Positions 1-9,715 of a stretch of 24,000 nucleotides of DNA are shown piece by piece (positions within the stretch are counted from its first letter, which is position 1; every line of letters starts with the position of its first letter). The notes beneath the pieces were generated by a model that had not been told where the DNA came from, did not search any database, and was given only the letters and a program-made list of their open reading frames with translations. Location of the stretch: NCBI GenBank assembly GCA_030429125.1, contig JAUIDF010000005.1, positions 11,163-35,162 of the forward strand. Reading direction: 5' to 3'. The DNA is from Gammaproteobacteria bacterium (lineage in GTDB: Bacteria > Pseudomonadota > Gammaproteobacteria > Arenicellales > CAJQKF01). The position numbers were made by a program, and so were the translations under genes.

Positions 1-564
1 TTCAACGCCGACAACGTGCTCGCGGTGTTTGCCACGCTGCTGGCCATGGGATTCGATGCACCGCGCGCCGCGGGTGCGTTGCGCTCGGTACGGGCCGTGC
101 CCGGTCGCATGGAGCGTTTCGCCGCGCCCGACCAGGCCGCGGTCGTGGTCGACTATGCCCACACCCCGGACGCGCTGGAAAAAGCCCTCGCCGCCTGCCG
201 CGAGGCATGCGGCGGTGCGCTGTGGGTCGTGTTCGGCTGCGGCGGCGACCGCGACCGCGCCAAGCGGCCCGCCATGGGTGCCATCGCGGCGCGCCTGGCC
301 GATCACGTGGTGCTCACCAACGACAATCCGCGCGGCGAGAACCCGCTTGCCATCATCGACGACATTCGCGCCGGCGGCGACGGACGCGAAAGCGTACTGC
401 CCGATCGCCGCGAGGCCATCGCCCATGCCCTCGGGCGGGCGGCGCCGGGCGACGTGGTGCTGGTGGCGGGCAAGGGTCACGAGAGCGGTCAGACCGAGAA
501 CGGCGTGACCCGTCCGTTCAGCGATCGTGACGTGGTTCGCGAGCTGCTCGGAGGTGGCGCGTGA
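1..564 (+). CDS. murE: UDP-N-acetylmuramoyl-L-alanyl-D-glutamate--2,6-diaminopimelate ligase, C-terminal part (5'-truncated by window edge)
   Basis: Frame 1 is open from base 1 to TGA at 562-564. The translation has a Mur-ligase C-terminal domain (VVVDYAHTPDALEKAL, FGCGGDRDRAKRP, LTNDNPRGE, VLVAGKGHE). It sits directly upstream of murF as in dcw clusters. Confidence 0.9.
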   Translation, partial: FNADNVLAVFATLLAMGFDAPRAAGALRSVRAVPGRMERFAAPDQAAVVVDYAHTPDALEKALAACREACGGALWVVFGCGGDRDRAKRPAMGAIAARLADHVVLTNDNPRGENPLAIIDDIRAGGDGRESVLPDRREAIAHALGRAAPGDVVLVAGKGHESGQTENGVTRPFSDRDVVRELLGGGA

Positions 565-1910
565 TGTCGCTGTCGGTTGCCGCCCGCGTCCTCGGTGCCG
601 AACTCAGCGGCAGCGACCGGGATTTCACCGGCGTGTCCATCGACTCGCGCCGCATCGAGCCCGGCGCATTGTTCGTCGCCCTGCGCGGCGAGCGCTTCGA
701 TGGGCACGACTTCATCGTCCAGGCCGTTGCCAGCGGCGCCGCCGGCGTGCTCGTCGAACAGGCGGCGCCGGCGGGCGTGCCGACGATCCGCGTTGCCGAC
801 AGCCTGGACGCGCTGCAGCGGCTGGCCGCCGACTGGCGCCGGCGCTTCGACTGCCGCCTCGCCGCCATTACCGGCAGCAATGGCAAGACCACGGTGAAGG
901 AAATGATCGGCGCCATCGTCTCGCGTGCGGCGCCGTCGCTGGTGAGCGCCGGTAACCTGAACAATCACATCGGCGTCCCGCTGTCGCTGCTGCGCCTGCG
1001 CGCCGGACACCGTTACGCCGTGATCGAGATGGGCATGAACCATGCCGGCGAGCTGAGTCGCCTGTCGCGCCTCGCGGCGCCGGACGTGGCGCTGGTCAAC
1101 AACGCCGCGGCGGCTCACCTGGAGGGGCTCGGCAGTGTCGAGGGCGTGGCCCGCGCCAAGGGCGAGATCTTCTCGGCGCTGTCCGGCGACGGCATCGCCG
1201 TGATCAACGCCGACGACGGGTTCGCCGGTTACTGGCGGGGCCTCAATGCCGGGCGCCGTTGTCTCACGTTCGGCATCGATGCCGACGCCGATGTGCGCGG
1301 CCGCGCGGACGTGGGCGCGGAGCGCTGCACGATCGTCATCGAATTCGAGGACACCCGGATCGAAACCCTGCTTCCCGTGGGCGGCGCCCACAACGCCCGC
1401 AACGCGGTGGCGGCCGCCGCCGTCGCGCTGGCCCTCGACGTCGATGCCGACACTATTGCCGCGGGTCTTGCGGCGTTTCGTCCGGTGGGCGGGCGCAGCG
1501 CCGTCGTCATGCTCGACGACGGCACGCGCCTCATCGACGACACCTACAACGCCAACCCGGCGTCGATGGCCGCCGCCATCGATACGCTGGGACGCTTCGA
1601 CGGCTCGCGCGTGCTGGTCATGGGCGACATGGGAGAACTCGGCCCCGCCGCCGCCGCCCTGCATCGCGAGGTGGGCGAGCGGGCGCGGGATGGCGGCGTG
1701 CATCGCCTGCTCGCGCTGGGGCCGTTGAGCGCCGGGGCGGCCGCGGCCTTCGGCGATGCCGGGCGGTCCTTCGACGACTTCGACGAGCTCATCGCGGCCC
1801 TGAAGCAGGAGGTCGGCGCCGGTGTCACGGTGCTGGTGAAGGGGTCGAGGGCCATGCGCATGGAGCGCGTGACGCGCGCCCTGACCGGCGACGACGGAGG
1901 AACACGCTGA
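561..1910 (+). CDS. murF: UDP-N-acetylmuramoyl-tripeptide--D-alanyl-D-alanine ligase
   Basis: 449-aa ORF with the Mur-ligase P-loop [13 protein letters not shown] and [11 protein letters not shown]. The start is GTG 561 or ATG 564, and both overlap the murE stop (GTGATG). dcw synteny supports the call. Confidence 0.93.
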   Translation: MMSLSVAARVLGAELSGSDRDFTGVSIDSRRIEPGALFVALRGERFDGHDFIVQAVASGAAGVLVEQAAPAGVPTIRVADSLDALQRLAADWRRRFDCRLAAITGSNGKTTVKEMIGAIVSRAAPSLVSAGNLNNHIGVPLSLLRLRAGHRYAVIEMGMNHAGELSRLSRLAAPDVALVNNAAAAHLEGLGSVEGVARAKGEIFSALSGDGIAVINADDGFAGYWRGLNAGRRCLTFGIDADADVRGRADVGAERCTIVIEFEDTRIETLLPVGGAHNARNAVAAAAVALALDVDADTIAAGLAAFRPVGGRSAVVMLDDGTRLIDDTYNANPASMAAAIDTLGRFDGSRVLVMGDMGELGPAAAALHREVGERARDGGVHRLLALGPLSAGAAAAFGDAGRSFDDFDELIAALKQEVGAGVTVLVKGSRAMRMERVTRALTGDDGGTR

Positions 1911-2992
1911 TGCTTCTGTATCTCTTCGACCGGCTCGCCGAGCACTACACGGTGTTCAACGTGTTCCGCTACCTCACGCTGCGCGGTATTTGCGGCGTGC
2001 TCACGGCGCTTGCCATCTGCTTCATGGTCGGGCCGATGATGATCCGCAAGCTCAGCCACCACCAGATCGGCCAGACCGTGCGCGAGGACGGACCGCCGAC
2101 CCATTTCGAAAAGGTCGGCACGCCGACCATGGGCGGCGCCCTGATTCTCGTCGCGGTGGCGCTGTCCACGCTGTTGTGGGCGGACCTGTCGAACCGATTC
2201 ATCTGGGCCGCGCTGCTCACCTGCATGGCGTTCGGCGTCATCGGCTGGGTCGACGACTACAAGAAGCTGATTCACAAGGATCCGCGCGGCATGGGCGCGC
2301 GCAACAAGTTCGCGTCGCAGACCGTCGCCGGGCTCGCCGTGGCCTTGTTCCTCTACTACTCGGCCAGCGATCCGGCCGAGCTGCTGCTGATCGTGCCGTT
2401 GTTCAAGGAGGTGGCCGTCGATCTCGGCTTCGGCTATGTCATCCTCACCTATCTGGTGGTGGTCGGTACCTCCAACGCGGTGAATCTCACCGACGGACTC
2501 GACGGTCTTGCCATCCTGCCGACGGTGCTGGTGGCCGGCGCGCTGGCGATCTTCGCCTACCTGACCGGCCATGCCATCTTCAGCAGCTACCTCGGCATCC
2601 CCTTCATCCCGGGCGTGGGCGAAGTGCTGATCTTCTGCGCCGCGCTGGTGGGCGCCGGGCTCGGGTTCCTCTGGTTCAACACCTACCCGGCCATGGTGTT
2701 CATGGGCGACATCGGTGCGCTGGCACTCGGTGCCGCCATCGGCGTGGTGGCGGTGATCGTGCGACAGGAGATCGTGCTCGTGATCATGGGTGGCATCTTC
2801 GTCATGGAAACGCTGTCCGTCATCCTGCAGGTCGCCTCCTACAAGCTGCTCGGCAAGCGGCTGTTTCGCATGGCGCCGCTGCACCATCACTTCGAGCTCA
2901 AGGGCTGGCCCGAGCCCCGCGTCAGCGTGCGGTTCTGGATCATCAGCCTGATCCTGGTGCTGGTGGGCCTGGCCACCCTCAAGGTGCGCTGA
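1910..2992 (+). CDS. mraY: phospho-N-acetylmuramoyl-pentapeptide transferase
   Basis: The internal ATG at 1910 of track ORF 1259..2992 overlaps the murF TGA (cTGATG). The product is 360 aa and polytopic. MraY motifs are present: [37 protein letters not shown]. The upstream part of the track ORF is an off-frame read of murF. Confidence 0.95.
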   Translation: MLLYLFDRLAEHYTVFNVFRYLTLRGICGVLTALAICFMVGPMMIRKLSHHQIGQTVREDGPPTHFEKVGTPTMGGALILVAVALSTLLWADLSNRFIWAALLTCMAFGVIGWVDDYKKLIHKDPRGMGARNKFASQTVAGLAVALFLYYSASDPAELLLIVPLFKEVAVDLGFGYVILTYLVVVGTSNAVNLTDGLDGLAILPTVLVAGALAIFAYLTGHAIFSSYLGIPFIPGVGEVLIFCAALVGAGLGFLWFNTYPAMVFMGDIGALALGAAIGVVAVIVRQEIVLVIMGGIFVMETLSVILQVASYKLLGKRLFRMAPLHHHFELKGWPEPRVSVRFWIISLILVLVGLATLKVR

Positions 2993-4371
2993 TGGCGATG
3001 GCCATGGCGAGCGATACCCGACCCCATGCAGACGCCACGCTCGTGGTGGGCCTGGGAGAGAGCGGTTATTCCGTGGTGCGCTTCCTCGTGCGCCGGGGCG
3101 TGACGCCAGTCGTGGCCGACAGCCGCGACGCGCCGCCCATGCTCGAGCGGTTGCGGCGCGAGCACCCCACGGTCGAGGTACATCTCGGCGCCTTCGATGC
3201 GGCGATGTTCGAACGCTTCGGCCGCGTGGTGGTCAGCCCCGGCGTGGCGACGCGCGAACCGGCGCTGCGCGCCGCGGTGGCCGCGGGCGCCGAGGTCCTG
3301 GGCGACGTCGAGCTGTTTGCCGCCCTCGCCGACGCACCGGTGATTGCCGTGACCGGCTCCAATGGCAAGAGCACGGTCACCGCGCTGCTGGGCGAACTGC
3401 TCGCCGCCGCCGGGCGCGACGTGCGGGTCGGCGGCAACATCGGTGTGCCGGTGCTCGACCTGCTCGCGGACACGCCGCCGGACTTCTACGCGCTCGAGCT
3501 CTCCAGTTTCCAGCTCGAGACCACGTCGAGCCTCGCCACGACGGCCGCGGTGGTGCTGAACGTAAGCCCGGACCACCTGGATCGTTACGACAGCGTGGCC
3601 GACTACGGGCGTGCAAAGGCGCGCATCTATACGAACTGCCGGGCGTGCGTGGTCAATCGCGACGATCCCGTGGCCGGGCACCTGGCGCCGAACGGCAATA
3701 CCCGGCACATCGCGTTCGGTCTCGGCGCGCCGGAGCATGAGGACGACTTCGGACTGGTGACCGACGCCCGCGGGCGGCGTCAGCTGTGTCATGGCGAGCG
3801 ACGCCTGCTGCCTCTCGACGCACTGCGCCTGGAGGGCGGCCACAATGCCGCCAACGTGCTGGCGGCACTGGCGCTGGTGCATGCGGCGGGCGTCGAGCTG
3901 GACCGCGCCGTGCTCGACCGCGCGCGGGATTTCGGCGGCCTGCCGCACCGCATGGAGCGCGTCGCCGAGCATGCCGGCGTGCGCTGGATCAACGATTCCA
4001 AGGGGACCAACGTCGGTGCCACCTGCGCCGCGATCGAGGGCACCGACGCGCCGATGGTGCTCATCGCCGGCGGCGTCGGCAAGGGCGCGGACTTCTCGCC
4101 GCTGGCCGCGGCCGCCTTCGGCCGCGTCACCCATGCCATCGTGCTCGGGGCCGACCGCGCGGCCATCGCGGCGGCACTCGCGCCGGTGCTGCCGGTGAGC
4201 GAGGCGGCGAGCCTGGCCGATGCCGTGTCGCAGGCCGCGTCGCTGGCCGCGCCGGGCAGCGTGGTGCTGTTCTCCCCGGCCTGCGCCAGCTTCGACATGT
4301 TTCGCAATTTCGAGCATCGCGGCGACGTGTTTCGCGCCCTGGTGGACGAGGTCACGTCATGCAGGCGGTAG
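2992..4371 (+). CDS. murD: UDP-N-acetylmuramoylalanine--D-glutamate ligase
   Basis: ATG 2992 overlaps the mraY TGA; alternative in-frame ATGs lie at 2998 and 3004 (MAMAMA). Motifs: VVGLGESG (N-terminal Rossmann-like), VTGSNGKSTVTALLGE P-loop, WINDSKGTNVGA. Confidence 0.93.
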   Translation: MAMAMASDTRPHADATLVVGLGESGYSVVRFLVRRGVTPVVADSRDAPPMLERLRREHPTVEVHLGAFDAAMFERFGRVVVSPGVATREPALRAAVAAGAEVLGDVELFAALADAPVIAVTGSNGKSTVTALLGELLAAAGRDVRVGGNIGVPVLDLLADTPPDFYALELSSFQLETTSSLATTAAVVLNVSPDHLDRYDSVADYGRAKARIYTNCRACVVNRDDPVAGHLAPNGNTRHIAFGLGAPEHEDDFGLVTDARGRRQLCHGERRLLPLDALRLEGGHNAANVLAALALVHAAGVELDRAVLDRARDFGGLPHRMERVAEHAGVRWINDSKGTNVGATCAAIEGTDAPMVLIAGGVGKGADFSPLAAAAFGRVTHAIVLGADRAAIAAALAPVLPVSEAASLADAVSQAASLAAPGSVVLFSPACASFDMFRNFEHRGDVFRALVDEVTSCRR

Positions 4372-5513
4372 TGGGGAAAATGCTCGAGTCGCCGCGCCTG
4401 GCCTGGCGCGCCGACGGGGTGCTGCTCGGCGTCATCGTGGCGCTGGTCGGCTTTTCCCTGGTGATGGTGTTCTCGGTGACCGTGGTCGACGACGACGGCG
4501 ACGCGGGATTCTCCCGCATTGCCCGCCACGCGGCTTACATCGGTATCGGCTGCGTCGCCATGATGCTGGTCTCCTTCCTGCCGGTCGCGCTGTGGCAGCG
4601 AATCGCGCGCCCCTTGATGGTCACCGGCGTGGTGCTGCTGGCGCTGGTGCTGGTGCCGGGCATCGGCGTCGAGGTCAACGGCAGCCAGCGCTGGTTTGCC
4701 GTCGGGCCGGTGCGCGTGCAGCCGTCCGAGCTGATGAAGCTGATCATGATCGTCTACATGGCCGATTACCTGACGCGGCGTCGCGCCCAGCTTCGGACCT
4801 TTCGCCTGGGCGTGTTCAACGTCGGCCTGGTGGTGGCGCTGGTGGGCGTGCTGCTGTTGCTCGAGCCGGATCTCGGCACCACCGTGGTGCTGGCAGCGAC
4901 GGTCTTCGCCATGATGTATGTCTCGGGCGTGCGCTACCTGCATATGGCGCTGTGCGTGTTCGCGGCGGCGCTCGCCTTCGCGGTACTGGTCTACGTCTCG
5001 CCCTATCGCCTCGAGCGCGTGCTCAGCTTTCAGAACCCGTGGGCGGATCCCTGGGACAGCGGCTTTCAGCTCTCGCAGGCGTTGATCGCCTTCGGCCGCG
5101 GCGAGTGGTTCGGCCTGGGCCTCGGCCAGTCGATCCAGAAGCTCTACTACCTGCCCCACGCCAGCAACGACTTTCTCGCCGCGGTGGTCGCCGAAGAGCT
5201 CGGCCTGGCCGGCATCGTCCTGCTGATCGCCCTGTATGCCACGCTGCTGTTACGCGGCTTCGCCGTCGCCGCGGCGGCGGAGAAGGGCGGCCACGACTTC
5301 AGCGCGCGACTGGTCCATGGCGCCGTCATCATGATCGCGCTGCAGGCCATCGTGAACCTCGGCGTGAACATGGGCGTGCTGCCGACCAAGGGGCTCACGC
5401 TCCCGCTGATGAGCTACGGCGGCAGCAGCATGATCGTCACCCTCGCCATGCTCGGGCTGGTGCTGGCGGTGGACCGCGAGACACGGCGCCCGGCCGGGAG
5501 GCGTCGACGATGA
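4359..5513 (+). CDS. ftsW: SEDS-family peptidoglycan glycosyltransferase / cell-division protein FtsW
   Basis: The internal ATG 4359 overlaps the murD end by 13 nt; an alternative ATG lies at 4380. The product is polytopic with SEDS motifs (RWFAVGPVRVQPSELMKL, LEPDLGTT, LPTKGLTLPLMSYGGSS). Position between murD and murG supports the call. Confidence 0.9.
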   Translation: MQAVVGKMLESPRLAWRADGVLLGVIVALVGFSLVMVFSVTVVDDDGDAGFSRIARHAAYIGIGCVAMMLVSFLPVALWQRIARPLMVTGVVLLALVLVPGIGVEVNGSQRWFAVGPVRVQPSELMKLIMIVYMADYLTRRRAQLRTFRLGVFNVGLVVALVGVLLLLEPDLGTTVVLAATVFAMMYVSGVRYLHMALCVFAAALAFAVLVYVSPYRLERVLSFQNPWADPWDSGFQLSQALIAFGRGEWFGLGLGQSIQKLYYLPHASNDFLAAVVAEELGLAGIVLLIALYATLLLRGFAVAAAAEKGGHDFSARLVHGAVIMIALQAIVNLGVNMGVLPTKGLTLPLMSYGGSSMIVTLAMLGLVLAVDRETRRPAGRRRR

Positions 5514-6574
5514 AGACGCTGCTGGTCATGGCGGGCGGTACCGGCGGGCATGTCTACCCGGCGCTGGCGGTGGCCGAGTACCTGCGCGAGCGGGGTGTGA
5601 ACATCGTCTGGCTCGGCACCCGCGCCGGTCTCGAGGCACGCGTGGTGCCGGCCGCCGGCATCGATATACGCTGGCTCAGTATCTCGGGTCTGCGTGGCAA
5701 GGGCCTGGCGCGTTACCTCGCGATGCCGTTCCTGCTGCTGCGCGCGATCGCCCAGGGCCTCGCCACCGTGCGCAAGGTGCGTCCCGACGCCCTGCTCGGC
5801 ATGGGCGGATTCGCCGCCGGTCCGGGCGCCGTGTCGGGATGGCTGTTGCGCCGGCCGCTGGTCATCCACGAGGCAAACGCCAGCGCCGGGCTCACCAACC
5901 GCTTGCTGGCGCCGCTGGCGCGCCGGGTACTGAGCGGCTTTCCGCGAAGCGAGGGACTGCCCTCGCGCACCGAGTGGACCGGCAACCCGGCCCGGTCCCA
6001 GATCCGCCCGCGCGCGTCGAGAATCGGCGTCGACGGACCGCTCAACGTGCTCATCGTCGGCGGTAGTCTGGGCGCACGGGTATTCAACCAGAAGCTGCCC
6101 GGCTACCTTCATGAATTGCTCGCTGCCGGTGCCGTGACCGTGCATCACCAGTGCGGTCGCGGCAATGCCGGCGACGTCACCGCGCGCTACGCCGGCCACG
6201 GCGTCAGCGCGCGCGTCGAGGCGTTCATCGACGACATGGGCGCCGCCTACGAACAGGCCGACCTGGTGATCTGCCGTGCCGGCGCCATGACCGTGGCGGA
6301 ACTCTGCATCGCCGGCGTCGCCGCCATCCTGGTCCCGTTCCCGCATGCGGTCGGCGATCACCAGAGCGCCAACGCGCGCTACCTCAGCGACCAGGGCGCT
6401 GCGGTGCTGATGCCGGAGTCGACACTCGACGGCGATCGCCTGCGCTCGCTGATCGAACAGTTCCGCGGCGATCGCGCGTCGCTCGAGGCGATGGCCGGGC
6501 GTGCCCGGACGCTGGCTCGCGCGGACGCCACCGCCCGCGTCGCCGACGCCTGCCTGGAGGTGATGCATGCGTGA
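5510..6574 (+). CDS. murG: UDP-N-acetylglucosamine--N-acetylmuramyl-(pentapeptide) pyrophosphoryl-undecaprenol N-acetylglucosamine transferase
   Basis: ATG 5510 forms an ATGA overlap with the ftsW stop. The N-terminus MKTLLVMAGGTGGHVYPALAVAE is the G-loop typical of MurG. Also present: VICRAGAMTVAEL and HQSANARYL. Confidence 0.93.
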   Translation: MKTLLVMAGGTGGHVYPALAVAEYLRERGVNIVWLGTRAGLEARVVPAAGIDIRWLSISGLRGKGLARYLAMPFLLLRAIAQGLATVRKVRPDALLGMGGFAAGPGAVSGWLLRRPLVIHEANASAGLTNRLLAPLARRVLSGFPRSEGLPSRTEWTGNPARSQIRPRASRIGVDGPLNVLIVGGSLGARVFNQKLPGYLHELLAAGAVTVHHQCGRGNAGDVTARYAGHGVSARVEAFIDDMGAAYEQADLVICRAGAMTVAELCIAGVAAILVPFPHAVGDHQSANARYLSDQGAAVLMPESTLDGDRLRSLIEQFRGDRASLEAMAGRARTLARADATARVADACLEVMHA

Positions 6575-7973
6575 ATTCGTGCACCACGTCCACTTCGTCG
6601 GCATTGGCGGCGCCGGCATGAGCGGCATCGCCGAGGTGCTGCTGGGACAGGGCTATCGCGTGAGCGGCTCCGATCTCAGCGAGAGCGAGAACGTGCGCCG
6701 CCTGCGTCACTGCGGCGCCGTCGTCACCGTCGGCCACGATGCCGGCAACGTGGCTGGCGCGGACGTGGTCGTGGTGTCGTCGGCGGTGGCCGGCAACAAC
6801 GTCGAGGCGGTGGCGGCACGGGCGGCGGGCATCCCGGTGATCCCGCGCGCCGAGATGCTGGGTGAGTTGATGCGCTTCGGCCAGGGCATCGCCGTGGCCG
6901 GTACCCACGGCAAGACCACCACCACCAGCCTCGTGGCCAGCATTCTCGCCCAGGGCGGACTGGACCCGACCTTCGTCGTCGGCGGGCTGGTCAACAGCAT
7001 CGCGTCCAACGCCCGGCTGGGACAGGGCGCCTACCTGGTGGCCGAGGCGGACGAGAGCGATGCCTCGTTCATGCACCTGCAGCCGCTCATCTCCGTGGTC
7101 ACCAACGCGGTCGCGGATCACATGGATGCCTACGGCGGCGACTTCGACCAGTTGCGCCGCACCTTTATCGATTTTCTGCACAACCTGCCGTTCTACGGCC
7201 TCGCCATCCTCTGCCTCGACGATCCGGTACTGCGCGAGCTGGCCGGCGGCGTGCACCGCACGGTGGTCGGCTACGGCACGGGGTCGGATGCGGATTTCCG
7301 CGCCGTGGACATCAGGCAGTCCGGCACCACGATGAGATTCTCGGTGGAACGGCCGCAGCGCGACGGCCCGCTCGCGATCGAGCTGGCGCTGCCGGGGTTT
7401 CACAACGTGCTGAACGCGACCGCGGCCATTGCCGTGGCCCACCAGCTCAGGGTCGCCGACGACGATATCGCCGCCGCGCTGAAGGGCTTTGCCGGCATCG
7501 GCCGCCGCATGCAGCGCCATGGTCCGATCAGGCTCGGCAACAAGACGGTGGAGCTCGTCGATGACTACGCGCATCACCCGCGCGAGATTCGCGCCACCCT
7601 CGAGGGCGCGCGCGGCGCGTGGCCGGAGCGGCGCATCGTGGTGGTGTTCCAGCCGCACCGCTTCAGTCGCACCCGCGATCTGTTCGACGACTTCGCCGAG
7701 CTGCTCTCCGGCGTCGAGCCACTGGTCATCGGCGAGGTATACCCGGCCGGCGAGGCACCGATCAGCGCCGCCGACGGCCGCGCCCTGTGCCGCGCCATTC
7801 GCAAGCGCGGCGTCTCCGACCCGGTGTTCGTCGAGTCGCTCGACGACCTGGCCGACGTCCTCGACGGCGTCTGCGGCGACGGCGACGTGGTGCTGACCCT
7901 CGGCGCGGGCGACATCGGCCGGCACGCGAGACGCCTGGCCGAGAACGCCGGGGCGACGGGGGTGTCGTCATGA
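6567..7973 (+). CDS. murC: UDP-N-acetylmuramate--L-alanine ligase
   Basis: 468-aa ORF with HFVGIGGAGMSGIAEVLL, the GTHGKTTTTSL P-loop and DDYAHHPREI. It overlaps the murG end by 8 nt. Confidence 0.95.
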   Translation: MREFVHHVHFVGIGGAGMSGIAEVLLGQGYRVSGSDLSESENVRRLRHCGAVVTVGHDAGNVAGADVVVVSSAVAGNNVEAVAARAAGIPVIPRAEMLGELMRFGQGIAVAGTHGKTTTTSLVASILAQGGLDPTFVVGGLVNSIASNARLGQGAYLVAEADESDASFMHLQPLISVVTNAVADHMDAYGGDFDQLRRTFIDFLHNLPFYGLAILCLDDPVLRELAGGVHRTVVGYGTGSDADFRAVDIRQSGTTMRFSVERPQRDGPLAIELALPGFHNVLNATAAIAVAHQLRVADDDIAAALKGFAGIGRRMQRHGPIRLGNKTVELVDDYAHHPREIRATLEGARGAWPERRIVVVFQPHRFSRTRDLFDDFAELLSGVEPLVIGEVYPAGEAPISAADGRALCRAIRKRGVSDPVFVESLDDLADVLDGVCGDGDVVLTLGAGDIGRHARRLAENAGATGVSS

Positions 7974-8890
7974 TGACGGCCCGGCGTGCGGACGAATTCC
8001 CCGACATGAGCGGCGTGCGGGGCGAACTCAGGGCCGACGAACCCATGGCCGGCCACACGAGCTGGCGGGCCGGCGGTCGCGCCGAGTGGTACTTCGTGCC
8101 GGCCGATGCCGACGATCTCGGCGTATTCCTGTCGCGGCTGCCGGCGTCGATGCCGGTGCTGTTCATCGGCCTCGGATCGAACCTGCTGGTGCGCGATGGC
8201 GGCGTGCGCGGCGTCGTCGTCGCCACCCACAAGGCGTTGTCCGCCATGCGGCTCGATGCCGATGGGCTGCTCTACGTCGAGGCGGGCGTGGCCAGTGCGC
8301 AGGTGGCGCGATTCGCCGCACGCCACGATCTCGTCGGCGGCGAGTTCCTGGCCGGCATCCCCGGCTGCATGGGCGGTGCGCTGGCGATGAATGCCGGTGC
8401 CTTCGGCGGTGAGACCTGGCGGGTCGTCTACTCTGCGGACCTCGTCGACCGCACCGGCACCCGGCGTACGCTCCCGGCCGCCGCCTTCGAGACCGGTTAT
8501 CGCCATGTCGTCCTGCCGGGCGACGCGTGGTTCGTGGCCGCGCGGCTGCGACTCGCCGCCGGCGACGGCGCCGCCGGCAAGCGCGAGATCGCCGAGCTGC
8601 TCCGTCGCCGCGCCGATTCTCAGCCGGTGCAAAGCGCCAACGCGGGATCGGTGTTCACCAATCCGCCGGGTGATCACGCCGCCCGACTGATCGAATACTG
8701 CGGCCTGAAGGGGTTCGCCATCGGCGACGCCCAGGTCTCGGAGAAGCACGCCAACTTCATCATCAATCGCGGCTCGGCGCGGGCGTCGGACATCGAGAAA
8801 CTGGTCGCCGCCGTGCGCCTGCGCGTGCGCAGCGACACCGGCGTGGACCTGAAGCCGGAAGTGCGATTCGCGGGGGAGCACGATGAGTAA
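7970..8890 (+). CDS. murB: UDP-N-acetylenolpyruvoylglucosamine reductase
   Basis: ATG 7970 forms an ATGA overlap with the murC stop, giving a 306-aa short-type MurB. Motifs: GHTSWRAGGRAEWYF, GLGSNLLVRDGG, NAGAFGGE, GSVFTNPPGDHAARLIE, VSEKHANFIIN. Confidence 0.9.
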   Translation: MMTARRADEFPDMSGVRGELRADEPMAGHTSWRAGGRAEWYFVPADADDLGVFLSRLPASMPVLFIGLGSNLLVRDGGVRGVVVATHKALSAMRLDADGLLYVEAGVASAQVARFAARHDLVGGEFLAGIPGCMGGALAMNAGAFGGETWRVVYSADLVDRTGTRRTLPAAAFETGYRHVVLPGDAWFVAARLRLAAGDGAAGKREIAELLRRRADSQPVQSANAGSVFTNPPGDHAARLIEYCGLKGFAIGDAQVSEKHANFIINRGSARASDIEKLVAAVRLRVRSDTGVDLKPEVRFAGEHDE

Positions 8891-9701
8891 GTCCGACGAC
8901 GAGGTCATGGACAACGCCGGTCGCTGGAAGTCGCGGGTTGCGGTGCTGGCGGTGTCGCTGGTGGTGCTGGCGTCGCTGGCGCTGGTGGCGCTCGATCGCC
9001 TGTTGTTGCCCGGACGTTTCGCCGTCAACGAAGTCGTCGTGGCCGGGCGCGCGCCCAACGTGGACCCTGCCGCGGTGCTCGCCGCGGTGCGCGAGGTGGG
9101 CGTGAAGTCATGGTTTTCGGCCGATCTCGCCGCCGTCGAGCGCGCCGTGCTGGAGGTGCCCTGGGTCTATCGCGCCGCCGTCCGGCGCCGCTGGCCGGGC
9201 AAGCTGGTGGTGACCGTCTCCCAGGCGATGCCGTTCGCGCTCTACGGCGAGGCGCAGTGGATCAACCGCGAGGGGGAAGCCCTGTCGCTACCCGCCGACT
9301 TCGCCGACGGCGGCCTGCCGCGTCTGTCCGGGCCGGTCGAGCGCGCCGGCGAGGTGGCATCCATGTACGTCGAACTCAGGGCTTTGATGGCGTCCGCCGA
9401 CGCCGTGCGCGTGCATGCCCTGGCGCTCGACCCGCGCGGTACCTGGACACTCGGCATCGCCGGCGCGGCGGACGGTGCGTCGCGGGTCATCGACGTCACC
9501 ATCGGTCGCGAGCAGATCGCCGAGCGCGTCGTGCGACTGGCCGCGGCCCTCGACACCGAGCTGGCGGCGCGCCTGCCCATGATTGGCGCCATCGACCTGC
9601 GCTACCCCAACGGCTTCGCGGTGCGCCCGGTGGACGAGCCGGAGGACGCACGCCGGATGGCCGAACTCAAGACACCCGTGGCCGGCGGCGGCACGGGATA
9701 A
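8883..9701 (+). CDS. ftsQ: cell-division protein FtsQ
   Basis: 272 aa with a short cytoplasmic N-terminus and a single TM segment (VAVLAVSLVVLASLALVAL). This is followed by a POTRA-like region (VNEVVVAGRAPNVDPAAVLAAV) and the WPGKLVV motif. It lies immediately upstream of ftsA and overlaps murB by 8 nt. Confidence 0.85.
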   Translation: MSKSDDEVMDNAGRWKSRVAVLAVSLVVLASLALVALDRLLLPGRFAVNEVVVAGRAPNVDPAAVLAAVREVGVKSWFSADLAAVERAVLEVPWVYRAAVRRRWPGKLVVTVSQAMPFALYGEAQWINREGEALSLPADFADGGLPRLSGPVERAGEVASMYVELRALMASADAVRVHALALDPRGTWTLGIAGAADGASRVIDVTIGREQIAERVVRLAAALDTELAARLPMIGAIDLRYPNGFAVRPVDEPEDARRMAELKTPVAGGGTG

Positions 9702-9715
9702 CGAGCCGTAACCTG

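Noticed and set aside
2992-3009. ATGGCGATGGCCATGGCG (MAMAMA) tandem repeat at the murD start
   Set aside because: It is just three alternative in-frame ATG-GCN codon pairs. It creates start-site ambiguity and is not a meaningful repeat element.
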